Shown here one piece after another: positions 9,033 to 21,500 of a stretch of 64,000 bases of DNA (positions are counted from its first letter, which is position 1; the number at the start of each line of letters is the position of its first letter). The notes below the pieces were generated by a model. That model was not told the DNA's origin and did no database searches. It saw only the letters and a program-made list of their open reading frames with translations. The stretch covers positions 4,704,001 to 4,768,000 of the forward strand of contig CAVYRF010000002.1 of assembly GCA_963770895.1 (NCBI GenBank), in the 5' to 3' direction. The translations under genes and the position numbers were made by a program. Source of the stretch: an uncultured Acidobacteriota bacterium. Lineage in GTDB: Bacteria > Acidobacteriota > Thermoanaerobaculia > Multivoradales > UBA5704.

Positions 9033-10811
9033 ATGGCACGCAGGTCCCCCAAACGACGGCAGACGCGCGGTGCGGCGCCGGGCGCGCCGCAGAGCCGCCG
9101 GGAAGCGGTCCGTCCGCCACCCGGCGCCGCCGCCTGGGTGTGGCTGCTTGCCGCGCTCGCGACGCTGGCGGTCTACTGGTCGACCACCCATTTTCAGCTG
9201 CTGCTCGACGACGTGATCCTGTTCAAGACCAGCCCATCGTTGCGCACCCTGGCCAGCATTCCGCGCGGCTTCGTCACCGACCTGGGCGCCGTGCGCAAGG
9301 GCTCGACGACGGTGCAGGGAAGCTTCTATCGCCCGGTTTTCCTGGCCCTGTCGACGCTCTACTACCAGTGGGTGGGGCCGGGTCCCGGCGGCTGGCACGT
9401 GGCGTCGGTGGTGCTGGCTGCCGTCGTCGCGGCGCTTGCCAGCTGGTTTTTCCGCCGCGTCGGCCTGCCGCCTTTTGCGGCGCTCCTGGCCGCCCTGGTC
9501 TTTGCGCTGCACCCTTCGCACGTCAGCTCGGTCGCCTGGGTTTCCGGCATCCAGGAGCAGCTGGCGGCGCTGTTCGTCCTGGTGGCGCTGATCGCCTTGC
9601 TCTCGCCGGTGGCGGACGAGCACCCGCGGCGAACCCTGGCGATCGCCATCGGCGCCTTTGTCTGCGCCCTGCTGAGCAAGGAGGTGTCGCTGGCGCTCCT
9701 CCCCATGGTGGGGGTCTGGGCGCTCGTCCGCCGCGGCGATCAGCCTGAGGAGTCGCGGCGCTTCGCCCGCGCCACCGCCTGGTTTGGCGGCGTCGCGGTG
9801 CTCTACCTGGGCGTCCGCCTGGCGGTGCTGGGCGCCTTCGCCAGGCCGTGGGCCGAGGCGCCGGGCTTTGCCCGCGCGGTGCCCTCGGTGCCGCTGGCCT
9901 TCGTCACCTACGTGCACCTGCTGGTGTGGCCGACCGCCTTTTCGTTCTTCCGCCCCGAGCGGCCGTTCTGGGGGGTTTTCGACCTGCCGGTGCTGGTTTC
10001 GGCGGCGGTGCTGCTGGCGCTCGTGGCGCTCGCCTGGTTCGGCGTCAAGCGGCGGCCGCAGCTGCTGCTGCCGCTCGCCTGGTTCGTCGTCTGGCTGCTG
10101 CCGGTGATGAACTTCTGGGCCCTCTATCCCGAGTGGATGGTCACCGACCGCTACCTGTACCTGCCGTCGCTGGCGCTGCCGTGGGCGCTCTACGTGCTGC
10201 TGCCGCGCCGTGCGGCGGCGCCGGCGCTGGCCGCGGTGGCGGTGGTGTTCGCCCTGCTCACGCTGCGCTACGCGGCGATCTTCGTCGACGCCAAGACCTT
10301 TTCCATGGCGATGGAGAAGGCCGAGCCCACCAGCTCCTACATCGTCGAAGAGCGGGCGCGCGTCTACCTGGTCGAAGGCCAGACCGCGGCGGCCGAGGCC
10401 GCCTACCGGCGGGCGCTGACCATCGATCCCTGGGACGCCGACGCGCTGTGGAAGGTGGGCAACTTCGAACGCCAGCGCGGCGACTTTGCCGCCGCGCGGC
10501 TGCACTACCGCCGCGCCGCCCTGCAGGCGCCCAACGACAGCACGCCCTTCATGACCCTGGCCTATGCCATGGCCAAGGCCGGCCAGCGCAAGCAGGCCCT
10601 GGCGCTGCTGCGCGAAACGGAGTACCGCTGGCCGGACCGCTTCGAGCCGCACCTGCTGCAGGCCCTGCTGCTGGCCGACGCCGGCGACCGTGCCGGCGCG
10701 GAGCAGGCGTTTGCCGCGGCGCGCCGGGTCCGGCCGCAGGAGCCGATCCTCGGCCAGGGCCTGGACCACGCGATCGCGGTGCTGTCCGCCGGCATCGGCC
10801 TGTCCAACTAG
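9033..10811 (+). CDS. Multi-TM GT-C-like (TMTC-like) membrane protein with C-terminal TPRs
   Basis: LLDD, FYRP, FALHP, LLSKE and DRYLYLP motifs, many TM helices, then TPR repeats. Confidence 0.75.
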   Translation: MARRSPKRRQTRGAAPGAPQSRREAVRPPPGAAAWVWLLAALATLAVYWSTTHFQLLLDDVILFKTSPSLRTLASIPRGFVTDLGAVRKGSTTVQGSFYRPVFLALSTLYYQWVGPGPGGWHVASVVLAAVVAALASWFFRRVGLPPFAALLAALVFALHPSHVSSVAWVSGIQEQLAALFVLVALIALLSPVADEHPRRTLAIAIGAFVCALLSKEVSLALLPMVGVWALVRRGDQPEESRRFARATAWFGGVAVLYLGVRLAVLGAFARPWAEAPGFARAVPSVPLAFVTYVHLLVWPTAFSFFRPERPFWGVFDLPVLVSAAVLLALVALAWFGVKRRPQLLLPLAWFVVWLLPVMNFWALYPEWMVTDRYLYLPSLALPWALYVLLPRRAAAPALAAVAVVFALLTLRYAAIFVDAKTFSMAMEKAEPTSSYIVEERARVYLVEGQTAAAEAAYRRALTIDPWDADALWKVGNFERQRGDFAAARLHYRRAALQAPNDSTPFMTLAYAMAKAGQRKQALALLRETEYRWPDRFEPHLLQALLLADAGDRAGAEQAFAAARRVRPQEPILGQGLDHAIAVLSAGIGLSN

Positions 10812-10872
10812 GCCACTACCAGGCGCGCGGCGCGCCCGCCGTCTGGCGGCGTGGCGCACGCGGCGCCGCGGA

Positions 10873-13488
10873 TCAGTCGGCGCGCAAGGCGACCATCGGG
10901 TCGACGCTGGCGGCGCGCTGGGCGGGCAGCAGGCCGGTGATGACCGAAACCAGGATCATCACCACGGTGGCGATGCCGATGGTCAGCGGATCGCCGGCGC
11001 TCAGCCCGAACAGCTGACTCTTGGCCAGCGGCGCGGCGATCAGGGCCGCGGGCAGGCCGACGGCGATGCCGATGGCGCTGAGCAGCAGCGTTTCGCGCAG
11101 CACCAGGCCGAGAATGCTGGCGCGATGGGCGCCCAGCGCCATGCGCAGGCCGATCTCGCTGGTGCGGCGGGCGACGCCGTAGGCCATGACGCCGTACAGG
11201 CCGATGCCGGCGAGCGCCAGCGCCAGCGCGCCGAAGATGCCGGTCAGCCGCGCGACCGCCTGGTCGCCGCCCAGCGAGTTGCCGATCTGCTCCTGGACGG
11301 TGACGATCCTGACGATCGGCAGGTTCGGCTCCACTTCGCGCAGCACCCGGCGCAGCGACGCGGCCAGCGGGCCGGGGTCGCCCGTGGTGCCGATCTCCAG
11401 GTCGCTCAACGCGTCGGTGACCTGCGCCACCGGCAGGAACACCGTCATCGGCGGCGTCCGCTCCTTGACGCTGTTGATCCTGGCGTCGCGCACCACGCCG
11501 ACGATCGCGGTTTCGTCGTCCTTGATCTTGAGGCCGAAGCGGCGGCCGAGGACCGATCCGGGCGGGTAGAAGTGGCGCGCCATGGCTTCGCTGACCACCG
11601 CCACGCTGGCGCCGCCGGCGCGGTCCTGGGGTCCGAGGTCGCGCCCCTCCACCAGCTTCATGCCCACCGTGTCGAAGTAGTGCGGCGTCACCAGCATGAC
11701 CTGTACGTCGTCGGCTTCGCCCTTGCGCGCCGTGTAGCCGGGCACCAGGGCCGAGCTGGTGCGCCCGCTGCCGCCGACCAGCGGAAAGAGCGACAGGCTG
11801 GCGGAGCGCACGCCCGGCAGGGCGCCGACGCGATCGAGCAGGCGCTGGTAGAGGTTGGCGAGCTGCGCATCGCTCCGCCCCAGCAGGCGCGGGTTGATCC
11901 GCACGAGCAGCAGGTGATCGCGCGCGAAGCCGGGCTGCACCCGGTTGAGGTTGTCCAGGCTGCGCAGAAAGAGGCCGGCGCCGATCAGCAGCAGCAGCGA
12001 CAGGCTGACCTGGGCGACCACCAGCACCTTGCCCACCGGCAGGCGCGAGCGCCCCTCGCCGGTACCCTGCAGCGTCCCGCGGCCGGCCTTGAGGTGCTCG
12101 CCGACGTCGAGACGCGTCGCCTGCAGGGCCGGCACGACGCCGAACAGCAGGGCGGTGCACAGGCTGGCGCCGCCGGCGAACGCCAGCATGCGCAGGTCGA
12201 GCCCGGTGTCGAGCGCCAGCGTCGAAGCGTCGATCGCGGCCAGGCCGAGCAGCAGCCGGCGACCCCAGAAGGCGATCGCCACGCCGCCGGCGCCGCCGGC
12301 GACGGCCAGCAGAGCGCTCTCGGTCAGCAGCTGGCGCACCAGGCGGCCGCGGGCGGCGCCGACGGACATGCGCACGGCGATCTCCTTGCGCCGGCCGGCG
12401 GCGCGCGCCAGCAGCAGGTTGGCGATGTTGGCGCAGGCGATCAGCAGCACCAGCCCGGCGGCGCTCATCAGGATGAACAGCGGCAGCGAATATGCGTTGC
12501 GCAGCCGCGACACGCCGCGATCCGCCGGCAGCGCCTCGATCCGCACCTGCATCAGGTCGTCGCGCGCGTCGGTGTCGCCGCCGACGAACGTCGCGGCGGT
12601 GTACTGGTGGAACAGCACGTCCATCTCGGCCTGGGCGGTGGCCGCCGAGACGCCGGGGCGGAGGCGGCCGATGATGTTGAGAAACGCGATGCGCGGCTCG
12701 GTGACCCACGGCTTGTCCAGGTCGACCTCGGCGTACATCGAGGCGTTGGTGCGGTACTTGACTTCGCGCTGCATCATCAGCGGCAGGAAGAAGTCGGGTG
12801 CGCTGCCGACGAGCACGCCGAAAAAGCCCTTGGGCGCCACGCCGACGATGGTGAAGGGGGTGCCGTTGAGGGTCACCACCTGGCCGATCGCCGCCGCCTG
12901 GGCGCCGTAGCGCCGCTGCCAGTAGCCGTAGCTGATGACCGCCACCGGGTGGGCGCCCGGCGTCAGGTCGTCGGCGGGACCGAGCAGCCGTCCCGCCGCC
13001 GGCAGCACCCCCAGGCCGGAAAAGAAGTTGCCCGAAACCAGCTGGCCGTTGGCCGACTCGCTGGGCGCCTCGGCGTAGGAGCTGGCGGGATCGGCGGCGC
13101 TCGCGGGGGTCGCGGAAGTCGCGGGCCCTGCCGGGGCCGCGGCGTTGTCCGGCCGTCCGCCCGGCGCGCCGGCGGCGCGCACCATCAGCTGCGTATCGCG
13201 GGTGTAGGCGACCAGCGCCTGCAGCGTCCGGGAGCGCTCCTGCGCGTAGCGGATCATGGGGCCGGAGAAGCGGTTGTCGTTGGGGCCAGAGGCCAGGCGA
13301 TAGCTGACCAGCCGGCCCGCCTCGGGCACCGGCAGGCGCCGCAGCATCACGGCGTCGATCAGGCTGAACAGCGCCGTCACGCCGCCCAGCCCCAGCGCCA
13401 GCGACAGCACCGCCACCGCGGTGACCGCGCGGCTCTTGCGCAGCGTCCGCACGGCGAAGCGAAGGTCCTTGCCAAGTGCCTCGAACAT
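10873..13488 (-). CDS. ADOP-type duplicated ABC permease (MacB/FtsX)
   Basis: DLRFAVRTLRKS, LLIACANIANLLLAR, EIGLRMALGA and VDPMVALRAD. Confidence 0.9.
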   Translation of the reverse strand: MFEALGKDLRFAVRTLRKSRAVTAVAVLSLALGLGGVTALFSLIDAVMLRRLPVPEAGRLVSYRLASGPNDNRFSGPMIRYAQERSRTLQALVAYTRDTQLMVRAAGAPGGRPDNAAAPAGPATSATPASAADPASSYAEAPSESANGQLVSGNFFSGLGVLPAAGRLLGPADDLTPGAHPVAVISYGYWQRRYGAQAAAIGQVVTLNGTPFTIVGVAPKGFFGVLVGSAPDFFLPLMMQREVKYRTNASMYAEVDLDKPWVTEPRIAFLNIIGRLRPGVSAATAQAEMDVLFHQYTAATFVGGDTDARDDLMQVRIEALPADRGVSRLRNAYSLPLFILMSAAGLVLLIACANIANLLLARAAGRRKEIAVRMSVGAARGRLVRQLLTESALLAVAGGAGGVAIAFWGRRLLLGLAAIDASTLALDTGLDLRMLAFAGGASLCTALLFGVVPALQATRLDVGEHLKAGRGTLQGTGEGRSRLPVGKVLVVAQVSLSLLLLIGAGLFLRSLDNLNRVQPGFARDHLLLVRINPRLLGRSDAQLANLYQRLLDRVGALPGVRSASLSLFPLVGGSGRTSSALVPGYTARKGEADDVQVMLVTPHYFDTVGMKLVEGRDLGPQDRAGGASVAVVSEAMARHFYPPGSVLGRRFGLKIKDDETAIVGVVRDARINSVKERTPPMTVFLPVAQVTDALSDLEIGTTGDPGPLAASLRRVLREVEPNLPIVRIVTVQEQIGNSLGGDQAVARLTGIFGALALALAGIGLYGVMAYGVARRTSEIGLRMALGAHRASILGLVLRETLLLSAIGIAVGLPAALIAAPLAKSQLFGLSAGDPLTIGIATVVMILVSVITGLLPAQRAASVDPMVALRAD

Positions 13489-13638
13489 GTTGAGCGTCTC
13501 CTCTGCCGCGCCGCACGCCGGCGCGACCGCGGCAGCGGCAGCGGAGCTGCCGGCCACGGCCGCGAGCGCCGGCGGCGTCGCAGATGGATACGCACGAACG
13601 CCGGCCAGGTTATCGGCGCGGCGTCCGTGGCTCTTGGG

Positions 13639-14373
13639 CTATTTCAATGGAGGGAGGACGCTGAAGGTGGTCAGGTCGATGAAGTTCTGATTGGTCCCGG
13701 CGGTCGAGCTGTAGGTCTGGAATTGGCAGGGGACGTTGGTCGTCGGCCCGCAGGTGGGAAAGACCCGGGTGACGGTGAGGTCGAACGGCTCGGTGGTGGC
13801 GCTGGCGACGAACACCCAGTAGGCGGCGTTGACCGCCGTGCCGTCCAGGATCTTGAGCGAGACCTCGGTCGAGGTGGGATCGAAGAACCAGAAATAGCCG
13901 GATCCGTCGGACACCTGGACGGCGCTGGCGTTGTGGCTGCCGCTGCCGTCGTGCCACGTCAGGGTGGCCTGGAAGCCGCCGCTGATCATGTTGAGGGCAG
14001 TCGCGGGCGCATTGACCTGAAACACGCTGGTGGCCACCACGTTGCCCGAAAAGTCCAGCTGCCGGACCGTGTAGCTGCCCGCGGCAAGCGTCCCCAGCGG
14101 GAACTCTTGCCCCACCGGGCACGATCCCACCGGCTGGACCGCTACCGGCCCCTCCTGCAGCGTGATCGTGTGGCCCGCGATGGTGGGCGGTCCGGACACG
14201 TCTATGCAGGTCGGCTCGACCACCAGGTGGATGCTGTCGCTGGTGGTCGGCAGGGCGGGGCTGATCAGGATCGGGACCTGCGCGGAGAGCGAGCTGCCGA
14301 TTGCCAGTAGCAGGGCCAGGATGGACAGCAGCACGCGGCGGCGGGGCAGGGCACGCAACGACGGGGTACACAT
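13639..14373 (-). CDS. Secreted protein, paralogue 1 (GYFWFFD/KILDG domain)
   Basis: Signal peptide, ISPALPTTSD, SGYFWFFDPTSTEVSLKILDGTAVN, Cys pairs; RBS GGAGG. Confidence 0.75.
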   Translation of the reverse strand: MCTPSLRALPRRRVLLSILALLLAIGSSLSAQVPILISPALPTTSDSIHLVVEPTCIDVSGPPTIAGHTITLQEGPVAVQPVGSCPVGQEFPLGTLAAGSYTVRQLDFSGNVVATSVFQVNAPATALNMISGGFQATLTWHDGSGSHNASAVQVSDGSGYFWFFDPTSTEVSLKILDGTAVNAAYWVFVASATTEPFDLTVTRVFPTCGPTTNVPCQFQTYSSTAGTNQNFIDLTTFSVLPPLK

Positions 14374-14476
14374 CGGACACCTCCGGTCTTTGGTTTGCCT
14401 GGTCGAGGCCGGCGACGCAAAGCGACCCAGACGCAGGACAGGCTCAGCGGGATCGGTCGCCGGCCTGGTGCCCATT

Positions 14477-14505
14477 ATGGTATATCAACATTTCGGTTTG
14501 TACAA
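14477..14505 (-). promoter_or_regulatory. Sigma70-like promoter TTGTAC-N17-TACCAT of paralogue 1
   Basis: Conserved with the promoters at 15385-15413 and 58388-58417. Confidence 0.6.
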
Positions 14506-14618
14506 GACCGGTTGACTGCTCCGGCTGGCCGGGCTCCGACGAGCGGAGCACCTGTTCGCGCCCGCCAGGTTCAGGTCGCGGAAGCTGCGGCCCTCGACGG
14601 CGCGTCGCTCCTGGGGGA

Positions 14619-15356
14619 TCAAGGTGCAGTGGGGGGCCTGAAGGCGCTCAGGTCGATGAAATTCTGATTGGTCCCCGCGGTTGCGGCGTAGTCCTTGGAC
14701 GAGCAGGCGACGGTCGTCGGCGGCCCGCAGTTGGCCAGGACCTGGGTGATGGTGAGGTCGAACGGGACGGTGGTGGAGCTGGCGACGAACACCCAGTAGG
14801 CGCCGTTGACCGCCGTGCCGTCCAGGATCTTGAGCGAGACCTCGGTCGAAGCGGGATCGAAGAACCAGAAATAGCCGGATTTGTCGGACACCTGGACGGC
14901 ACCGGCGGCGTGGTTGCCGCTGCCTGCGATGCCGGCGTCGTGCCACGACAGGGTGGCCTGGAAGCCGCCGCCAATCATGTTGAGGGCGGTCGCGGGCGCG
15001 TTGACCTGAAACACGCTGGCGGCCAGCAGGTCACCCGAAAAGTCCACCTGCCGGACCGTGTAGCTGCCCGCGGCAAGCGCCCCCAGCGGGTAGTCGTGCG
15101 GCACCGGGCACTCGCCGCCCGGGATGGGCGGCCCCACCTTCAGCGTGATCCTGTTGCCCGCGATGGTGGGCGGCGCGAACGCGTCGAGGCAGGTCGCCTC
15201 GACCACCAGGTGGACGGTGTCGCTGGTGGTCGGCAGGGCGGGGCTGATCAGGATCGGGGTCTGCGCGGCCAGCGAGCCGCCGGTTGCCAGCAGCACGGCC
15301 AGGCTCGCCAGCAGCGCGCGACGACGGAGCAGGGAACGTAACGACGGTGCACACAT
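14619..15356 (-). CDS. Secreted protein, paralogue 2 (tandem duplicate)
   Basis: Clearly homologous to 13639-14373 at the DNA and protein level. Confidence 0.75.
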   Translation of the reverse strand: MCAPSLRSLLRRRALLASLAVLLATGGSLAAQTPILISPALPTTSDTVHLVVEATCLDAFAPPTIAGNRITLKVGPPIPGGECPVPHDYPLGALAAGSYTVRQVDFSGDLLAASVFQVNAPATALNMIGGGFQATLSWHDAGIAGSGNHAAGAVQVSDKSGYFWFFDPASTEVSLKILDGTAVNGAYWVFVASSTTVPFDLTITQVLANCGPPTTVACSSKDYAATAGTNQNFIDLSAFRPPTAP

Positions 15357-15384
15357 CGGACACCTCCGGTCTTCGGGTTTCTGT

Positions 15385-15413
15385 ATGCTATATCAACATT
15401 TCGAAGTGCGCAA
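15385..15413 (-). promoter_or_regulatory. Sigma70-like promoter TTGCGC-N17-TAGCAT of paralogue 2
   Basis: Shares CGAAATGTTGATATA with the paralogue 1 promoter. Confidence 0.6.
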
Positions 15414-15539
15414 GATTGGTCGGCTGCCCTGGGGCTGACGGCTGCGCCGGGCAGGTGGAACGAGAAAGGCCTGGTCGCTGGAGTGCGGATCGAAGGTTGT
15501 CTATGATGGCTAAGGTTCGTGACTTTGTAAGGAATTCCC

Positions 15540-18500
15540 TTGGCGCCTGCTACTGCAGCCGATCTGCTCGCCTTGCCGGTGGAAGACCGCACCGCGGCCC
15601 TGGTGGCGGCGCTGCGCGGCTGGGCCGCGGCGGCGCTCGCCGTGCCTGCGGCGGCGCTCGATCCCGACCGGCCGCTGGCCGCCCTGGGGCTCGACTCGCT
15701 GGCGGCGGTCGAGCTGGCGCACGAGGTGGAGCAGCAGCTGGGGGTGGCGATCCCGCTGACCCGGCTGCTGGACGACGCAACGCTGCACAGCCTGGCGGCG
15801 CAGCTGCTGGAGGACCTGGCGCGGCGGGACGAGCCGGAGGCGCCGATCACCCACGTCCCGCCGGCGGCGGGGCAGGCGGATGCCCCGCTGTCGCACGGCC
15901 AGCAGGCGCTCTGGTTCCTGCAGCGGCTGGCGCCGCACAGCGCCGCATATACCATCGCCGCCGCGGTGCGGGTGCACGGCGCGTTCGACGCCGCGGCGCT
16001 GGGGCGCGCCCTGGCGGCGGTCGTGGACCGCCATGCGGCGCTGCGCACCACGTTCCACGACCGCGCGGGGCTGCCCGTGCAGCGCGTGCACGCGGCGCTG
16101 CCGCCGGGCTTTCAGGTCGAGGATGCGGCGGGCCTGGACGGCCGGCAGCTGGCGGCGCGGCTGGGGCGCCAGGTGGTGGAGCCGCCGTTCGACATGGCCG
16201 CCGGGCCGCTGCTGCGCGCCGCGGTGCTCCGCATCGCTCCCGGCGAGCATGCGCTGGCGCTGGCGGTGCACCACCTGGTGGCCGATTTCGGCTCGCTGGC
16301 CGTGCTGTTCGACGAGCTGGGGCGGCTGTACGCGCGCGAAACGGGCGGCGCGGCGGAGCTGGCGGCCCCGCCGGACCTCACCTACGCCGACTGGGTCGCC
16401 TGGCAGCGCCGCCGCCTGGCCGGTCCGTGGGGGGAGCGGCAGTGGGAGTACTGGCGGCAGGCGCTCACGCCGCTGCCGCCCGACCTGGAGCTGCCCACCG
16501 ACCGGCCGCGGCCGGCGGTGCTGACCGACCGTGGCGACGCCGTGGCGCTGCGGCTGGGCGCCGGCGCGGCCGCGGCGGTGCGCGGGTTGGCCGCGGCTTC
16601 GAGCGCGACCCTGTTTGCGACTTTGCTGGCGGGCTTTCAGGCGGTGCTCGGCCGGTTTTCGGGGCAGGACGACGTGGCGGTGGGATGTCCGGTGGGGGGG
16701 CGGCGGGGCGCACCGGGGCTGGCGCGGGTGGTGGGGTACTTCGTCAATCCCGTCGTGGTGCGGGCCGACCTGTCGCGGGCGCCGACGTTCGGCGAGCTGC
16801 TGCACCGGGTGCGGAGCGCCGCCCTGGGGGCGCTGGAGCACGCCGGCTACCCGTTCGCGCTGCTCACCGAACGGTTGCAGCCGGCGCGCAGCACCAGCCG
16901 CTCGCCGGTGTTCCAGGCGCTGTTCGTGCTGCAGCGGGCGCCGCGCGCCGAACAGGCGGACCTGGCGCCGCTCGCCCTGGGCGAAGAGGGGGTCGATGCC
17001 GCGCTGGGGCCGCTGGCGATCTCGTCCCTGGCGCTGCCCGGGCGACCGGCGCAGTTCGACCTGGCGCTGTCGCTGGCCGAGGCCGGCGGCGCCGTCGGTG
17101 CCGGCGGGGCGGGCGGCCTGGGCGCTTTGGGCGGGGTGGGCGCCGCCGGGGACGACATCGCCCTGTCGCTGGGCTTCAATGCCGACCTGTTCGATCGCTC
17201 GACCGCGACGCGCCTTGCCGCGGCGTTCCGCCAGCTGCTGGTGGCGGCGGCGGCCGACCCCGGCGCGGCGGTGGGCGACCTGCCGCTGCTCGCGGCGGCC
17301 GAACGGTTTCAGCTGCTCGCGGAATGGAATGCCAGCGCCGCGGACTATCCGGCGCACCAGACGATCGATCAGCTGATCGCGGCGCGGGCGGAGCAGACGC
17401 CGGATCGCGTCGCCGTCGAAGCGGACGACGGCGCGCTGACCTGCGGCGAGCTGGCCGCGCGGTCGCTGCAGCTGGCCCGCCACCTGCGGCGGCTGGGGGT
17501 GCGCGCCGAAGTGCCGGTGGGAGTCCTTGCCGGCCGCTCCTGCGACATGGTGGTCGCCCTCTTGGGGGTGCTGCAGGCCGGCGGCGCCTACGTGCCGCTC
17601 GACCCCACCTATCCCGCCGCGCGCCTCGACCTCATGTTGGAGGATTCGGGAGCGCCGGTGGTGCTGACCCAGCAGCACCTGCGATCGACGCTGGCGGATC
17701 TGCCGGGCCGGGAGGTCGTCTGCCTGGACGCCGACTGGCCGCGGATCGCCGCCAGCGCGCCGGATGCGCCGTTCACCAGCCGCGCGCGGCCGGACCAGAC
17801 CGCCTACCTGATCTACACCTCGGGTTCGACCGGCCGCCCCAAGGGGGTGGAGGTGTCGCACCGCAGCCTGGTCAACTTCCTGGCTTCGATGGCCCGCCAA
17901 CCGGGCATCGACGCGCTGGACCGGCTGGTTTCGGTGACCACCCTGTCGTTCGACATCGCGGGGCTGGAAATCTACCTGCCGCTCGCGGCCGGGGCGCGGC
18001 TGATCCTGGCGAGCCGCCAGACCGCGAGCGACGGCGCCGCGCTGCTCGGCCTGCTGGAGCGCGCCGGGGTCACCGTGATGCAGGCGACGCCGGCTACCTG
18101 GCGGCTGCTGCTGGCGGCCGGCTGGGAAGGCCGGCCGCCGCTGCGGGTGCTGTGCGGCGGCGAAGCGCTGCCGCGCGATCTGGCCGACCGCCTGGCGGCG
18201 CGCGGCGCGGCGGTGTGGAACCTCTACGGGCCGACCGAAACGACGATCTGGTCGGCGGTCGCCAGGGTGGCCGGCAGCGGCGCCGGCGGGCTGGCGAACG
18301 CCGCCGATCCCGTGGGCGCCGCCGGCGGATCTATGCTGGCCATCGGGCGGCCGATCGCCAATACCTCGTTGCACGTCGTCGACAGCCGGCTGCACCCGGC
18401 CCCCATCGGCGTGCCCGGCGAGCTGCTGATCGGCGGCCACGGTGTGGCGCGCGGCTACCGCGGCCGCCCCGACCTGACCGCCGAACGGTTCATCCCCGAT

Positions 18501-21500
18501 CCCTGGAGCGAGGACGCCGGGGCGCGTCTCTACCGCACCGGCGACCTGACGCGCCGGCGGGGCGACGGCGAGATCGAGTTTCTGGGCCGCCTGGACCACC
18601 AGGTCAAGATCCGCGGCGTCCGCGTCGAGCTGGGCGAGGTGGAGGCGGCGGTCGCCGCCTGCGCCGGGGTGGGGCAGGCGGTGGTGGCGGCGCAGACCGA
18701 CAGCTCGGGGCTGCAGCGCCTGGTGGCCTACGTCGTCGCCGCGGCGGGCGCCGCCGCGCCCGACCCGGCCGCGCTGCGGCGCGAGGCGGCCGCGCGCCTG
18801 CCGGAAGCGTACGTCCCCTCGCTCTTCCAGGTCCTGGACCGCCTGCCGCTGACGCCCAACGGCAAGGTCGACCGCCGGGCGCTGCCGGCCGCCGTGCCGG
18901 CGGTGGCCGCGGCCGCGGGTGGCGGCGCGCCGCCGCGCTCGGCGCTGGAGCGCACCGTCGCCGGCATCTGGCGCGACGTCCTGGGGCTGGATCGCGTCGG
19001 GCTGCACGACAACTTCTTCGACCTGGGCGGCCATTCGCTGCTGGCGGCGCAGGTGCATGCGCGGCTGCGCGAAGCGTTGCAGATCGAGCTTTCGCTGGTG
19101 GATCTGTTCCGCCACCCGACGGTGGCGGCGCTGGCGCAAGCGCTGGCGCCGCTTGCCGGCGGTGCGCTGAGCGCGGACGGTCCGGGGGAAGCTGGCGATC
19201 TCGCCCCAGGGCCGTCGCCGCCGCTCGCGGGCGGTGCCGCGCCGGGCGATGCGGGCACGCAGGTCGCCATCGTCGGCATGGCCGGGCGTTTTCCCGGCGC
19301 GCCCTCGGTCGCCGACCTGTGGCGGCGGCTGCGCGGCGGCGAGGAGTGCCTGACGCGGCTGTCCGCGGCCGACCTGGCCGCCGGCGGTGTCAGCGCCGCG
19401 GCCGCGGCGGCGCCAGGCTACGTGCCGGTCGCCGGCCTGGTGGCGGAGGCGGACTGCTTCGACGCCGCCTTCTTTGCCCTCAACCCGCGCGAAGCCGAGC
19501 TGATGGACCCGCAGCACCGGGTGTTCCTGGAGTGCGCCTGGCACGCGCTGGAAGACGCCGGCTACGACCCCAGGCAGTACGGCGGGCGCATCGGCCTTTA
19601 CGCCGGCGCGGGGATCAACACCTACCTGCACCATGCCGGGGTCGAGCGGGTCGCGGCGCTGGGCGGCCGGCACCAGGCTTTCATCGCCAATGACAAGGAT
19701 TTTGTGACGACGCGGGCCAGCTACAAGCTCGACCTGCGCGGGCCGAGCATCAACGTGCAGACCGCCTGCTCGACCTCGCTGGTGGCCGTGCATCTGGCCT
19801 GCCAGGCGCTGCGCGCGGGCGACTGCGACATGGCGCTGGCCGGCGGGGTCGCCATCCGCTCGCCGCAAAACGTCGGCTACCGCTGGGAGGAGGGCGGCAT
19901 CTCCTCGCCTGACGGTCACTGCCGCGCCTTCGACGCGCACGCCCAGGGCACGGTGTTCGGCAACGGCGTGGGGCTCCTGGTGCTCAAGCCGCTGGCGCGG
20001 GCGCTGGCCGACGGCGACACCGTGCACGCCGTGATCAAGGGCACCGCGATCAACAACGACGGCGCCCTCAAGGTGGGCTACACCGCGCCGGGCGTGGCCG
20101 GCCAGGCGCAGGTCATCGCCGCCGCCCTGGCCGCCGCCGGCGTGGACGCCGGCAGCGTCTCCTTCGTCGAAGCGCACGGCACCGGCACGCCGATGGGCGA
20201 TCCCATCGAAGTGGCGGCGCTGACCCAGGTGTTCCAGGCGGCGACCGCGCGGCGCGGCTTCTGCGCCCTGGGGTCGGTGAAGACCAACCTGGGGCACCTG
20301 GACACCGCCGCCGGGGTGGCCGGCATGGTCAAGGCCGTGCTCGCGCTGGAGCACCGCGAGATCCCGCCCAGCCTGCATTTCGCCACCGCCAACCCGCGCC
20401 TCGACCTGGCCGCGGGGCCGTTCTTCGTCAACACCGCCCTGCTGCCCTGGGAAGCCGCCGCCGACGGCGCGCCGCGGCGGGCCGGCGTCAGCTCCTTCGG
20501 CATCGGCGGCACCAACGCGCACGTGGTGCTGGAAGAGGCGCCGCCGCCCGCCGCGCCCACGCCGGTGCCCGCGGCCGCGGAGGGGATTGCCACGGCGGGG
20601 TTCGCCGCGGCGGCGACGGCCGCCGAAGAGGCCGGCCCGCGTGCCGAGCTGCTGCTGCTGTCGGCGCGCAGCGCCGCGGCGCGCGACCAGGTGTCGCGCC
20701 GGCTGGCGGCGGCGCTGGCCGAGCGCCCCGACCTGGCCCTGGCGGACGTCGCCCACACCCTGCGGGTGGGCCGGCGCGCCTTCGCCTGGCGCCGGATGCT
20801 GGTCGCCGCCGACGCCGCCGACCTGGGCGCGGCGGCGGCGGCGCTGGCGGCGCACGACCCCGAACGGGTGCTGAGCGCCACGGTCGACGAGGGGGCCGCG
20901 CCCGAGGTGGCGTTGCTGTTTTCCGGCCAGGGGTCGCAGCACCCCGGCATGGCGCGCCGGCTGTATGCGCACCAGCCGGTCTTTCGCCGCGCCCTTGACG
21001 AATGCTGCGAGCTGTTGCGGCCGCACCTGCACCTGGACCTGCGGCAGCTGCTCTTTCCGGCGGCCGGCGACCAGGCGGCGGCGGCCGCGGCGCTGCAGGA
21101 AACCCGCCTGGCGCAGCCGGCGCTGTTCGCGGTCGAGCATTCGCTGGCCCGCCTGTGGCAGGCCTGGGGCGTGCACCCCGCGGCGCTGCTCGGCCACAGC
21201 GTCGGCGAGTACGTGGCAGCCTGCCTGGCGCAGGTGTTTTCGCTGCCGCAGGCCCTGGCGCTGGTCGCGGCGCGCGGCCGCCTGATGCAGGCGATGCCGG
21301 CGGGGGCGATGCTGGGCGTCCAGCTGAGCGAAGCGGATCTGCTGCCGCTGCTCGGCGGCGAGCTGTCCCTGGCGGCCGTCAACGGTCCCGCCGCCACCGT
21401 GGTTTCGGGTCCGGGCGCGGCGGTCGCGGAGCTCGAGCGCCGCCTGGCCGCGCGCCGGGTGCGCCACCGCCGCCTGCACACCTCGCACGCCTTCCATTCG